Origin: Nitrospirota bacterium
GTDB taxonomy: Bacteria; Nitrospirota; UBA9217
Assembly (NCBI GenBank): GCA_963845065.1
Contig: CAWJQQ010000006.1
Coordinates: 96,001-160,000, forward strand
Direction: 5' to 3'
Length of the DNA stretch: 64,000 nt
Positions 20,126 through 30,280 of the stretch are shown piece after piece (the first letter of the stretch is position 1; the number at the start of each line of letters is the position of its first letter). The notes beneath the pieces were generated by a model. It was given only the letters and a program-made list of their open reading frames with translations. It made no database searches and was not told the DNA's origin. The translations under genes were made by a program, and so were the position numbers.

Positions 20126-21204
20126 CTGCCGAAACTGACCCCCATGCCTTCGGCGATCATTACCAGTTCGCTGTTCGGCTCAACAAGTTTGAGGCTGCTG
20201 ATCGCACTTTCGAGTGGCACTGATGTAATGAACGGAGGCTTGTACGATACCATCTCACCGAATTTCTTCTGCGCGATGAGTTCCACTGCGGCCGCGCCGT
20301 ACCTCGTTGCCAGCAGCCGGTCAAAAGGACAGGGGCTGCCCCCGCGTTGTACATGACCGAGTACGGTCACGCGCGTCTCGAAGCTCGTACGTTTGCTGAT
20401 TTCGTTCGCGACAATCTCCCCCATGCCGCCAAGTCTCAGCACGTATCCATCTGAAGCCTTCTCGCGTACAGCCATCTCTCCTCCAGCTGGTTTGGCACCC
20501 TCGGCAACGACTACGATGCTCGACTTACTTCCTGCCTTTTTCCGTTCGAGCAATTTTTCTGTCACTTTGTCTATGCTGAAGGGAATCTCGGGGACCAGGA
20601 TGACGTCTGCGCCGCCTGACATGCCAGCTTCAAGCGCAATCCATCCTGCGTAGCGGCCCATCACTTCGAGAACGATCACGCGTTGGTGGCTCTCTGCCGT
20701 GGTGTGTAGCTTGTCGAGCGCCTCGGTCGCCGTATCCACGGCCGTCTGAAAACCGAAGGTCACATGGGTAGCCATAAGATCATTGTCAATGGTTTTAGGC
20801 ACGCCGATCACCGGTATGCCCAGCTTTTGAAGTCCCTGCCCGATTTTGAGAGACCCGTCACCGCCGATCACGACGAGGGCATCAAGACCAAGGTCCCTGA
20901 TATTATTTACGACCTCGGAAGACATGTCCTCCACGATCTCCTTTCCGTTGACAACAGTCTTGTGAGCGAAAGGGTTTCCGCGGTTCGTTGTCCCAAGGAT
21001 TGTCCCGCCAATGAACAGGATTCCACGGGTGTTCCAGGAAGTGAGCTGGCGAGTCTTAGTCGGCGTAAGCAGTCCTTCGAACCCGTCGATGATCCCGATC
21101 ACTTCCCAGCCGTACTTAAAAATTGCGGTCTTCGCGACTGCCCGGATGACCGCATTGAGCCCCGGGGCATCACCGCCGCCGGATAAAACGCCTATTCGCA
21201 TCAT
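20122..21204 (-). CDS. pfkA: 6-phosphofructokinase (group III type)
   Basis: GGGDAPGLN, GGDGS, PKTIDND, EVMGR, LGHVQRGG; start MMRIG after GGAGG. Confidence 0.93.
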   Translation of the reverse strand: MMRIGVLSGGGDAPGLNAVIRAVAKTAIFKYGWEVIGIIDGFEGLLTPTKTRQLTSWNTRGILFIGGTILGTTNRGNPFAHKTVVNGKEIVEDMSSEVVNNIRDLGLDALVVIGGDGSLKIGQGLQKLGIPVIGVPKTIDNDLMATHVTFGFQTAVDTATEALDKLHTTAESHQRVIVLEVMGRYAGWIALEAGMSGGADVILVPEIPFSIDKVTEKLLERKKAGSKSSIVVVAEGAKPAGGEMAVREKASDGYVLRLGGMGEIVANEISKRTSFETRVTVLGHVQRGGSPCPFDRLLATRYGAAAVELIAQKKFGEMVSYKPPFITSVPLESAISSLKLVEPNSELVMIAEGMGVSFGR

Positions 21205-21279
21205 AACCTCCAGGAAAAAAATTGTGTCATTGGTCAAGTAACAAGGGGAAAAAGACATACGACTGTTCACCGATCCTTG

Positions 21280-22140
21280 CTACTTGCCTCTTGACTCCAG
21301 ATTTTGTATTTCTAAAAGCCTCGCCCCACTGTCACAGGCGATCTTCATCACGTCGTCTTGTGTAAACCCTGCCTTGATAAAATATGCCAGCTCAGCATTG
21401 TATGCCTCCCGGTAGTGGGGATCCGGCAAAACACAGTCTGTCCCGATAGTCAGTCCGACGCCGATGTAATGCGCGTACTGTATCATCGCGAGATGTGATA
21501 CGATGAGATTATTAATATAGTCCTTCATCTCGTCCGGCATCCCGGCGGCATCCGCTGCACGTGCAAGCGCCCCGACAGTCGGGGTCCAGTATGTTCCATG
21601 CTGTACCAGGGCATCGAGCGCCTTTTTTGTCATGAAAAATCCGTGTTCAATCGAACAAACGCCTGATTCGGCTGATTCAATGATCGCCTGCTCGCCATTT
21701 GCGTGGGCCATGACCTTGAGACCTTCGCTATGGGCTGCTTGCACAAGTGCAAGCAAGTCCTGTCTGCTAAATCCTCCCGGCGTGATAGCCCCTCTCGTCT
21801 TGAGGCTAACCATTCCTGAAGCGACAACTTTTATTATATCAGCCCCCGCAGTCTTGAGCCTGCAAATTTCTTTGAAAATCTCATCCCTGCCTTCCACTGG
21901 GATCCCGAATGAGTAACCATAACCACCTTTTTTATAAAGCGCCCATCCCGCAGAAATTATCGCGGGCATACCCTGCTGTCCACCTAGCTTGCCAAGACCC
22001 AGGCTTGCAGCGTTTTTCGTTCCTGCATCGCGCACAGCATAAACCCCTGCCTCGATGATTGCTTTGAGGCCCTTGTTCTCCCTGATATGCACATGGGTGT
22101 CCACAAATCGTGCGTTATGGACCGTGTCGTGATCATACAT
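21280..22140 (-). CDS. amidohydrolase-superfamily protein
   Basis: DTHVH, VRDAG, IIKV, MAHANG, SIEHG, IGTD. Confidence 0.85.
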   Translation of the reverse strand: MYDHDTVHNARFVDTHVHIRENKGLKAIIEAGVYAVRDAGTKNAASLGLGKLGGQQGMPAIISAGWALYKKGGYGYSFGIPVEGRDEIFKEICRLKTAGADIIKVVASGMVSLKTRGAITPGGFSRQDLLALVQAAHSEGLKVMAHANGEQAIIESAESGVCSIEHGFFMTKKALDALVQHGTYWTPTVGALARAADAAGMPDEMKDYINNLIVSHLAMIQYAHYIGVGLTIGTDCVLPDPHYREAYNAELAYFIKAGFTQDDVMKIACDSGARLLEIQNLESRGK

Positions 22141-22176
22141 GTCTCATAATAGATTAACATGCCATCTTCCCGCAAC

Positions 22177-24378
22177 TTAAAAATTGACGGTCAGTCGCAA
22201 CCCAACCTGGTTGTAATTGAAACCGGTTGTCGTTCCGGCATAGTTTCCTCCCTCACTGCTAATTTCGCATGCAATGCTCTTCTTCATCTTCCATCCCACA
22301 GACGCTGAATAACCAGAAAAAAAGTTCCCGGTGTTTACCCCATACCGTTTGAAAGACTGATACCCGGTATATGGCTCCAGATAGGCGTAGAGATCCTCGT
22401 GTTCGGCATAAATAGAGGCAAAAATCTGGTGCGAAATGAAATCGTCCGGATCGAAGTATCCGCTCCCGCTCTGACGTCTAAAGTCCCAGTATCTGAACCG
22501 GTAGCCGGTGGCTATTTTAAGGGGAGCGAGTGCGAATGCATATCTTGCTCCCACCCGCAAATCGGCTGCGTCGTTGGAGTCGGAGTAACTGGATTGAATA
22601 TAATTTTCGGAAAACGTCAGGTGAGAGGACGCTGTTTCGGAGAAGCCGAGAGTTTCACTCGTACGCCTGATCCAGTTTTGCACGAGCTGAGCTGTGTCCG
22701 AAAGTTCTTCCCTCGACACATTGATGCCGGATGTCCACCAGCCCATGTTTATATCAGCATTGGCCTGGCCGATGAGAGCGTTCCGGGTTCCACCAGCGGT
22801 ACTGCTGACACCCGCTCCCACGCCGGTGCCAAGCTTACCATCATGCCTGTGGGTTGTGACCCAGAGGTCTTCGGCCCATTCGTGTCTCATGGGATCCCTG
22901 GCATCGGTCAACCGGTAATCGAGCTCTGTTTTCCAGTCGCCTGTCCAGAAACCGCATGAAAGCATGGTACGCTTCACCGTGTTACTGTCAGAATCCCGAT
23001 AATAGCTTTCCTCAAGGTTAATGTGAGACGCCAGCGCCGCTCTAAGCTTATCCGAGAATTTTACAAGTTCTTTTTGCTGGGCTGTGGAACTAGGCGCCAA
23101 GGTCTTCCCAATTTCCTGCGCCTTATCCTTTTTCCCAGTATCCAGATACGCATATGCGAGGCCGATGCGTGCATCAAAGCTCTCCCCCCCCGCAAGAATG
23201 CGTTCATAGAGCGGGATCGAAGCATCGTCGTTCCCCCTCCATCTGAGAACGTTTGCTTTGACGAGCAGCGCTTCCCGGTCATCGGGATTCTTATCCAAAA
23301 CAATGTCAACTTCCGTCTGCGCCTCGCTCAGTTTGTCCGACCAAGACAAAACTTTCGCCAATTGCACGCGGGCTTTATTGTTCAATGGATCCTCCGTCAG
23401 AATCTCCCGCAGGATGTGTGATGCCTCCTCTAGGCGGTCCGCCCAGGATATCACCTCTGCCATATGGAGGCGTTCCTCTATGGTAAAGGCCGCGGCGTCC
23501 AAAGACAAGGCTTTTGCATATTCATCGGCAGCACGTTTATTATCCTCCTGCGATGCGTATCCGTCTCCGCGGTTTTTTCTTTCCCGGGCATCCTCAGTCT
23601 TGCTTTTCCCGTCGCTGACGGACTCTGCAGTAGGCGCCAAGGTCCCTGCGCCGCCCTGCCTTTGCTCTTCAGCCGATGCTGCGCCAAGCATTTCTGTGAA
23701 TTTTATAAGTTCCTTTTGCTGGGCTGTGGAACTAGGCGCCAAGGTCTTCCCAATTTCCTGCGCCTTATCCTTTTTCCCAGTATCCAGATACGCATATGCG
23801 AGGCCGATGCGTGCATCAAAGCTCTCCCCCCCCGCAAGAATGCGTTCATAGAGCGGGATCGAAGCATCGTCGTTCCCCCTCCATCTGAGAACGTTTGCTT
23901 TGACGAGCAGCGCTTCCCGGTCATCGGGATTCTTATCCAAAACAATGTCAACTTCCGTCTGCGCCTCGCTCAGTTTGTCCGACCAAGACAAAACTTTCGC
24001 CAATTGCACGCGGGCTTTATTGTTCAATGGATCCTCCGTCAGAATCTCCCGCAGGATGTGTGATGCCTCCTCTAGGCGGTCCGCCCAGGATATCACCTCT
24101 GCCATATGGAGGCGTTCCTCTATGGTAAAGGCCGCGGCGTCCAAAGACAAGGCTTTTGCATATTCATCGGCAGCACGTTTATTATCCTCCTGCGATGCGT
24201 ATCCGTCTCCGCGGTTTTTTCTTTCCCGGGCATCCTCAGTCTTGCTTTTCCCGTCGCTGACGGACTCTGCAGTAGGCGCCAAGGTCCCTGCGCCGCCCTG
24301 CCTTTGCTCTTCAGCAAAGACGAGAGCAGTACACGCTCCGAGAAGCATGGCGGTTATCATCAATGTTCGAGCTCTCAT
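22177..24378 (-). CDS. TPR protein with C-terminal outer-membrane beta-barrel (PgaA/YaiO-like export protein)
   Basis: Sec signal (LVFA-E), duplicated TPR block, amphipathic beta-strand C-terminus ending in Phe. Confidence 0.75.
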   Translation of the reverse strand: MRARTLMITAMLLGACTALVFAEEQRQGGAGTLAPTAESVSDGKSKTEDARERKNRGDGYASQEDNKRAADEYAKALSLDAAAFTIEERLHMAEVISWADRLEEASHILREILTEDPLNNKARVQLAKVLSWSDKLSEAQTEVDIVLDKNPDDREALLVKANVLRWRGNDDASIPLYERILAGGESFDARIGLAYAYLDTGKKDKAQEIGKTLAPSSTAQQKELIKFTEMLGAASAEEQRQGGAGTLAPTAESVSDGKSKTEDARERKNRGDGYASQEDNKRAADEYAKALSLDAAAFTIEERLHMAEVISWADRLEEASHILREILTEDPLNNKARVQLAKVLSWSDKLSEAQTEVDIVLDKNPDDREALLVKANVLRWRGNDDASIPLYERILAGGESFDARIGLAYAYLDTGKKDKAQEIGKTLAPSSTAQQKELVKFSDKLRAALASHINLEESYYRDSDSNTVKRTMLSCGFWTGDWKTELDYRLTDARDPMRHEWAEDLWVTTHRHDGKLGTGVGAGVSSTAGGTRNALIGQANADINMGWWTSGINVSREELSDTAQLVQNWIRRTSETLGFSETASSHLTFSENYIQSSYSDSNDAADLRVGARYAFALAPLKIATGYRFRYWDFRRQSGSGYFDPDDFISHQIFASIYAEHEDLYAYLEPYTGYQSFKRYGVNTGNFFSGYSASVGWKMKKSIACEISSEGGNYAGTTTGFNYNQVGLRLTVNF
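23072..24315. repeat. 602-bp direct repeat (23072-23673 and 23714-24315), period 642 bp
   Basis: No mismatch seen by eye; ORF-track shadows repeat at +642 (23061/23703, 23258/23900, 23464/24106). Confidence 0.93.
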
Positions 24379-25157
24379 GGCCCCATCTCGATCAATCCCC
24401 GAAATCGATGGAGGTCAACAGTACGATCGATTGTCAGCCGTGGGATGTCGTACGGGCTGCTTCCCTTTACCAGATATCTATTCTCCGAGTTCAGAATGAA
24501 GGAAAACCCAGATTGTCGCGCAATCTCGATGCTCATCGCATTATGCATGCCGTAAGGCCAGGCAAGAGTTTTCGCAGGCCGGCCCATTTCCCTGGTTATG
24601 ACTTCCTGAAATACGATAAGATCCCGTCTCAATTTTGCATTAAATTCGTTAACTGCATCCGCCCGCGCTTTATTACCGTACCATGTATGGAGTCCGTACG
24701 TATGGCATCCAATCTCCACAATTCCACTCTTGGCCAGAAAACGGCATTCATCCCAGCTCAAGCGCGGATCGTTTCCTTCCACGAAGGTGCCCATATACTC
24801 TCCAATGACATTGATCGTCGATTTGAACCCGTATTTCTGAAAAAGGGGAAAGGCATAGTCAATGAACGATACAAACCCGTCGTCAAACGTGATAATTACA
24901 GCCCGCTGCGCTTGCTCTGCATCGAGCTTGTCGATCTCCCCGAAGAAGATTGTTCGATATCCTTCACCATAGAGCCACTCCATCTGCATGGCAAAGCGTG
25001 GCGGCAATACAGTTTCCACCTCAGCAATTATATGTGAGACATCGTGATACATAAGCACAGGGATATTCACTGCGTTCGCAAAACATACTTCGGCGAACGA
25101 CAGCGAGACTACTGCGGCACCGCCCAGCTTGAGGAATTCCCTTCGCGTCAGGTTCAT
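24375..25157 (-). CDS. CE4 polysaccharide deacetylase (PgaB/IcaB-like) with Tat signal
   Basis: MNLTRREFLK Tat motif; PVLMYH, ITFDDG, CHTYGLH, AWPYG, IPR. Confidence 0.9.
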   Translation of the reverse strand: MNLTRREFLKLGGAAVVSLSFAEVCFANAVNIPVLMYHDVSHIIAEVETVLPPRFAMQMEWLYGEGYRTIFFGEIDKLDAEQAQRAVIITFDDGFVSFIDYAFPLFQKYGFKSTINVIGEYMGTFVEGNDPRLSWDECRFLAKSGIVEIGCHTYGLHTWYGNKARADAVNEFNAKLRRDLIVFQEVITREMGRPAKTLAWPYGMHNAMSIEIARQSGFSFILNSENRYLVKGSSPYDIPRLTIDRTVDLHRFRGLIEMGP

Positions 25158-27568
25158 TTTTCCTCCGGAATTGTCTGAAGAATTTTCTGGTAGATATAGT
25201 AGCTTTCCTTCAAGTATGTATGATAGATCGGCGTATTCCACTCGTCCCAAGAATACGCTTTAATGTGCTCCGGGGCGAGTACTGCAGGAAGGTTGTCGGT
25301 GTGGTTGCTTGTTCTCCCGGTTTTGTGGGAGACAAATTCCCCCCCCTCCGGTTGGTACGAAATCGCAAGGGTTCTTATACCGGCGGTCTTTCGTGTTTCC
25401 ATGTCTTTGTCCTTCCACAAAACCGTTTTAGAGCTGGGATCAGTGACATTCATGAGTCCCCAGGGAATGCGGAGCTCGATCTTGTTGTCGAGAAAAAAGA
25501 AGTCGGCAAGGGAATGATAATCTCGGCTCTTAACGTCAAGGCTGCCGAAGCGGAGCTGGCTCATGGTAAAAACATGCGCAGGAAAAAAATGTTTACCGTC
25601 TTTACTGATCCTGCGGATGTTCGTCTCGTTCTGCATCATCACCCATGCTCCCTGGTCCGACTCTTCAGGCCGAACCAGGCCAGTCTGATCATTGAGATAT
25701 TTATCATATGCTGCAGACACGAGGATTCTGCTTTTATCCTTCCCGACAAGATGAAGAAGAAAAGTGAGCCCCACCGGGCTCATGAGGTTCAGCTCATAAG
25801 GAAACAGCCGTTCGCCGACACCGGAAACACAGGTATCGAGCCCGATTAAGAAGTTCGCCGTAGCAAAATCGATCGCTCCTGCAGTTTCAAGCAAAAGATA
25901 GAGATACCCCTCATCATGCTGCGCGGACAACCGTACTAGTCGCCTTGCATCATCGGAGCCGTTGGCAAATCGGCAGGCCATGGTATCGTCATTTTTTTCG
26001 TAGAGAGCAGGGATGCCTTTCCAGTCTGCTTCACGGCAGGTGAGATTCACTTTCTTTTCCGGATACCCTGGATATGCTGCCAAAAGACCGTAGTTCTCTT
26101 CGGGGTCCTGCGCGTTGAACCAGAACCCCTTTCTGTCTGCCGGAAGCTCGGCGTTCATGAACAGCCAGTTTCTCTTAAACCACTCGTCAAACCAGCCAAA
26201 TAGAACCCCTCCGGCCATGCCTGCTTGGTGAATAGCCTTCATCTGCAACACATTGATCTCGCCCTGCTCCCGGTCACCGTGGCCGCCATGGTTCCACCCA
26301 AGTCGGTTCCAATGCGCGGACTCACGACTAGAGGGGACGCCGAATTCAGCAATTACGACCGGCTGGCGACCGTGATGTTTTTTCAGTGCAGAAAGGTAGG
26401 CTCGATAGGGATTCTCCCGGTCGAGATAATCGTTGTTCATGAAATCGGGGTAATAGGGATATACATGATAAAGCGCGAAAAATCCGTTGCCTTTGATCGA
26501 GGTTATCTTTGCAAGATCAAGCGACTCTACGTCCTCCATGTGGACGTCGATGCAGGGCCCCCCCCTATACACCTGCGGCAGTTTACCCTCCATACGATAC
26601 TCATCTTCATATGTAGATTCAGACGGGTGATCGATGGGGTCGAGTGTCGGCCAGTTAACGGTCGTGACCGGGTGGGAGCAGCGATAAGTCCCATACTCGT
26701 AGCTCTGAAGAAAGTCGCATGTCTTCGTTATCCAAATCTCAAAGGGCGTCCCGTTCTCAATCCGCAAAAAGGCACCGCGGTAATCACCCATCTTCCGCTC
26801 GTGGCTGTCGTTGTATCCTTTGACCGCGCAACTCTCCCACTCCCTCCCAATAATAAAACCCGCTACGTACGGTGACACGTCGTATTTAAAGTTACCGTGG
26901 GGACGACCCGGCCGTTCAGGCAGCATCGTGTTCCCGAAGATCACGTTCACGGCGTCCTTGATTTCCGCAAAAAGCCCTTCTTTGAACTGATCGTTATCGA
27001 AGTCATTGTCTTCTGGCAGCTCTGTCCATATTTCCTGAAAAAGATATAATCTTTTGCCTGATCCATTGAACTGGTAAAGCGCTTCGTAGAAGTCTGGTGG
27101 AAGGATGGTATAGACCCTCACGGCATTTGCCCCGAGTGCTAATATCTGATGAAACCACTTGAGGTAGGTCATCTTTTTCACCACGTAGTCACCCGGGAAA
27201 TATCCAGGTAGGCCGAGACCGATATTGACACCCTTGATGAAAAATTTCTTCCAGGTGCCGTCGTGAATCTCTAGGTATTCCTTCCCGGCCCTGAATCGAG
27301 ATCGTCGGCTTACGTGCGGTTTACTGCTGTGCGCGTGATCAATAGTGCTGATGAATTTCTGCGCTTCTTTGTTTTCTGGTTTCAGTTCGAGCGCCTGCGT
27401 AAAAGCCCAGCGGGCCGTGGGCAGGTCTCCGAGATGCAAGTGCGCGACACCTAGGCCGAAGAAAGCGTCTGACTCTTTCCCCCGGTCAAGAGCCCGTTTG
27501 AAGATATTAACAGCCTCCTGATAATCTTCCTTTTTGACTGCCAAATAACCGAGATCTACAATGTTCAT
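25154..27568 (-). CDS. TPR plus putative clan GH-A glycoside hydrolase
   Basis: N-terminal TPR; FIKGVN, GANAVRVY, IGREWE (acid/base), YHVYPYYP, IAEFG (nucleophile). Confidence 0.75.
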   Translation of the reverse strand: MNIVDLGYLAVKKEDYQEAVNIFKRALDRGKESDAFFGLGVAHLHLGDLPTARWAFTQALELKPENKEAQKFISTIDHAHSSKPHVSRRSRFRAGKEYLEIHDGTWKKFFIKGVNIGLGLPGYFPGDYVVKKMTYLKWFHQILALGANAVRVYTILPPDFYEALYQFNGSGKRLYLFQEIWTELPEDNDFDNDQFKEGLFAEIKDAVNVIFGNTMLPERPGRPHGNFKYDVSPYVAGFIIGREWESCAVKGYNDSHERKMGDYRGAFLRIENGTPFEIWITKTCDFLQSYEYGTYRCSHPVTTVNWPTLDPIDHPSESTYEDEYRMEGKLPQVYRGGPCIDVHMEDVESLDLAKITSIKGNGFFALYHVYPYYPDFMNNDYLDRENPYRAYLSALKKHHGRQPVVIAEFGVPSSRESAHWNRLGWNHGGHGDREQGEINVLQMKAIHQAGMAGGVLFGWFDEWFKRNWLFMNAELPADRKGFWFNAQDPEENYGLLAAYPGYPEKKVNLTCREADWKGIPALYEKNDDTMACRFANGSDDARRLVRLSAQHDEGYLYLLLETAGAIDFATANFLIGLDTCVSGVGERLFPYELNLMSPVGLTFLLHLVGKDKSRILVSAAYDKYLNDQTGLVRPEESDQGAWVMMQNETNIRRISKDGKHFFPAHVFTMSQLRFGSLDVKSRDYHSLADFFFLDNKIELRIPWGLMNVTDPSSKTVLWKDKDMETRKTAGIRTLAISYQPEGGEFVSHKTGRTSNHTDNLPAVLAPEHIKAYSWDEWNTPIYHTYLKESYYIYQKILQTIPEEK

Positions 27569-28995
27569 CGGTCTCCACCTTTCTCTTCACGCCTTCCTTT
27601 GTGCTGGACATGTTCCCAGTGGGTTCGTCCAGTCAGGAAGTTTACTACCGCCTGCAGCCGCCAAAATGAATTAATCTGACGGTATCCAAAGTTCTCGAAT
27701 ACACCATATAACAGAAGCAGAAACATGTGCCGCCACCGGGGATACCGTCGATAGGTAATTTCTTCCAGAAAAACCCCGGCAGTCGATAGAAAAACTCCGT
27801 ACAAAATGGCCAAGGTGAGAAAGAGCATAAGAAACTTAATGCTAAGGAGGCCCACGGCATACGAAAGTACCACGACGAAATACCCCGTCACCTCTATTAT
27901 GGGGCCGATGACTTCAAAAAAAACGTAATAGGGCATGACGACCATTCCGATTATCCCGTACCGTGGTTTCAGCAGCATTTCACTGTTTTCACAAATGCTC
28001 TGGATCAACCCGAGGTGCCACCGGCGCCGCTGACGAGCCAGCATTTTTAAGTTTATCGGCACCTCGGTCCAGCAAATGGGATCCGAAATGAACCGTATGT
28101 GGTATGGTTTTCCCTGACGTCGCTTGTACCTGTGAAGCCGGACGATCATCTCCATGTCCTCTGATACATTCCCGACGCTGAATCCTCCCGAGTCGATAAC
28201 CGTTTGCTTGTGAAACATTGAAAATGTACCTGAGAGAATGAGCAGGGAATTCAACGCATCCCATCCGACGCGCCCGAACATGAACCCCCGAATGTACTCA
28301 ACGATCTGGAACAGGACGAGTCTGTTCTTCGGGAGTTCAATCTCCTGAATCGTGATATCATCTTTGAGTACAACACCGTTCAAAACTCGAACAACACCGC
28401 CGCACGCGACGACCGGCACATTACTGTCCAGCACTGGGGCCATAATCCTTATAAGTGCATCTATTTCGAGCAGCGAGTCCGCGTCGACGGAGCAGAAATA
28501 CGGACTGCGTGATGCGTTTATCCCACAATTCAAGGCATCGGACTTGCCACCCTGGATCTTATCGATCACGAGCAGGTTCGGCGTCTCTTCTCCGGCGTAG
28601 AAGCCTTTCACCGTTTCGGTCTCGAGGAACTCCCGGTACACCCGGTCGACTTTCTTGAGACGGAATGTTTCTATCACCGTCCTTAACGTATCATCCTGAG
28701 AACCGTCATTGATCACGATCACTTCGAACAAGGGATAGTCACATGCAATTGCTGCGCGCACGCTCTTGCACACAACGTTTACTTCATTATGAACAGGGAT
28801 CAAAATCGAGACAGGGGGGGTTTGCAAGGACGAATGAAAATCCCTGATCGGGGCATATTTTATTCTTTTAATGTGTCGTAAGATAGAGAAAAGAGACATC
28901 ATAAGGAGGCATGCATAGATGGTATTCACGACACCGAAGTAGGCTCCGACAAAATAATTGAAACCTAGGATAAAGGTGACGACGGCTTCTCTCAT
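27565..28995 (-). CDS. processive GT2 glycosyltransferase (PNAG/cellulose synthase-like)
   Basis: PVHNE, NDGS, GGKSDALN, VDADS, SED and QRRRW motifs; N- and C-terminal TM helices. Confidence 0.92.
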   Translation of the reverse strand: MREAVVTFILGFNYFVGAYFGVVNTIYACLLMMSLFSILRHIKRIKYAPIRDFHSSLQTPPVSILIPVHNEVNVVCKSVRAAIACDYPLFEVIVINDGSQDDTLRTVIETFRLKKVDRVYREFLETETVKGFYAGEETPNLLVIDKIQGGKSDALNCGINASRSPYFCSVDADSLLEIDALIRIMAPVLDSNVPVVACGGVVRVLNGVVLKDDITIQEIELPKNRLVLFQIVEYIRGFMFGRVGWDALNSLLILSGTFSMFHKQTVIDSGGFSVGNVSEDMEMIVRLHRYKRRQGKPYHIRFISDPICWTEVPINLKMLARQRRRWHLGLIQSICENSEMLLKPRYGIIGMVVMPYYVFFEVIGPIIEVTGYFVVVLSYAVGLLSIKFLMLFLTLAILYGVFLSTAGVFLEEITYRRYPRWRHMFLLLLYGVFENFGYRQINSFWRLQAVVNFLTGRTHWEHVQHKGRREEKGGDR

Positions 28996-30272
28996 CGGTC
29001 AGCACCTGATGTGAGGAGGTGCCGCACTATCTGCTTGATCCGCTCGTCCTCGCCGGCCTCCAGGTATGCCGTGAGCGGAATAGAAAACCCGAGAGCATGC
29101 ATGAGCCGTAATATTTCATGGCATTTTGCCCGCAGTGTCTTATCGTCGTCATCAAGATGCTTGATCAGCCAATCAGAAAATCTTGTTTTCTCAATCTCTT
29201 CGCAAATGCTCTCCTTAGCATAGAAGTCTTTCGTCTTGAGTGCGTCATAAAACACATCAACTGCACAGCTGCCGATATGCGTCAAGGCAAGCGCTGCCTC
29301 GCTCCTTACTTGCCAGTTTTCGTCAAAGAGAAGTTTTTCGAGGAGCTTGGCTGCCGATTCACAGGTAAGCTCGTTAACCGATTTGACTGCCTGAAGTCGC
29401 ACGAACCAGACCGGATCGTTCAGAAGAGGCAAGATGAGGTCGGATGCCTGGGGTGGAATGGAATACCCATCACTCCCAATCACTTTGAGCGCCTTGCTCC
29501 TCACCTCTGGGTTGGCACTTCCCAGATATTTGATGGCCAAGGACAAGGATCGCGGATCAGGTGGCAGGAACGAAAGCATTTCGAGAACGCAAGAGAGTAT
29601 CCAGGGATCGTTCTGGTCCTCTCGATAGTCGGTGAGATACGGTATGGCCTCCCCTCCGAAATTGAGAAGTGATGTTTCCATTGCTTTACGCGTTACGAGC
29701 GTCTTACCGAGTAGAGTCGGCAGCCGCTCAATGATTCCAACAAGTCCTTCCTTCGAACGGAGCCTGCTCAGTGCTCGGACTGTCACGGACAGTATCTCAG
29801 GGTTGTTAGTATCTAGTAACGGGATGAGGCGCGACGTGGATAATAAGCACCCCATTTTCCCAAGCTTGTCAATGGCTGATGCCCTGACCAACACGTTTCT
29901 GCGACCAAGGCGCTTCTCGTAAAATTCCACATAACCCAATCTGCGGAACAATGCTTTTACTTCACCGGTTTGGCGATTCTCTGCCATTAATTCCAGCAGC
30001 ACCTCTTCAAGAGCCTGCCACGCGAGCGAACTTGGCTTGAAGCTGAAATTTTTTTTGCTTGATGCGATCTCCCCCGTTGCGATTGCCCGCCGCACACTGT
30101 CCCGATACGTTTCCCGAAGAACGTCAAGCTGGCGATGCATTCGACTATGCCATCCTCGCCTCACAATGCTTGCAAGCAAAAGGGCAACCGTCAACAGCGT
30201 GATCGACACAATGGCAATGATGATTATTATGATTATCACGTTGTCGTGCATGGATGGTAACGGGTGCTCCAC
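28992..30272 (-). CDS. membrane-anchored HEAT-repeat protein
   Basis: One N-terminal TM; HEAT motifs LLNDPVWFVR, LFDENWQVRSEAALAL; stop overlaps the GT2 start. Confidence 0.85.
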   Translation of the reverse strand: MEHPLPSMHDNVIIIIIIIAIVSITLLTVALLLASIVRRGWHSRMHRQLDVLRETYRDSVRRAIATGEIASSKKNFSFKPSSLAWQALEEVLLELMAENRQTGEVKALFRRLGYVEFYEKRLGRRNVLVRASAIDKLGKMGCLLSTSRLIPLLDTNNPEILSVTVRALSRLRSKEGLVGIIERLPTLLGKTLVTRKAMETSLLNFGGEAIPYLTDYREDQNDPWILSCVLEMLSFLPPDPRSLSLAIKYLGSANPEVRSKALKVIGSDGYSIPPQASDLILPLLNDPVWFVRLQAVKSVNELTCESAAKLLEKLLFDENWQVRSEAALALTHIGSCAVDVFYDALKTKDFYAKESICEEIEKTRFSDWLIKHLDDDDKTLRAKCHEILRLMHALGFSIPLTAYLEAGEDERIKQIVRHLLTSGADR

Positions 30273-30280
30273 GTATCGGT

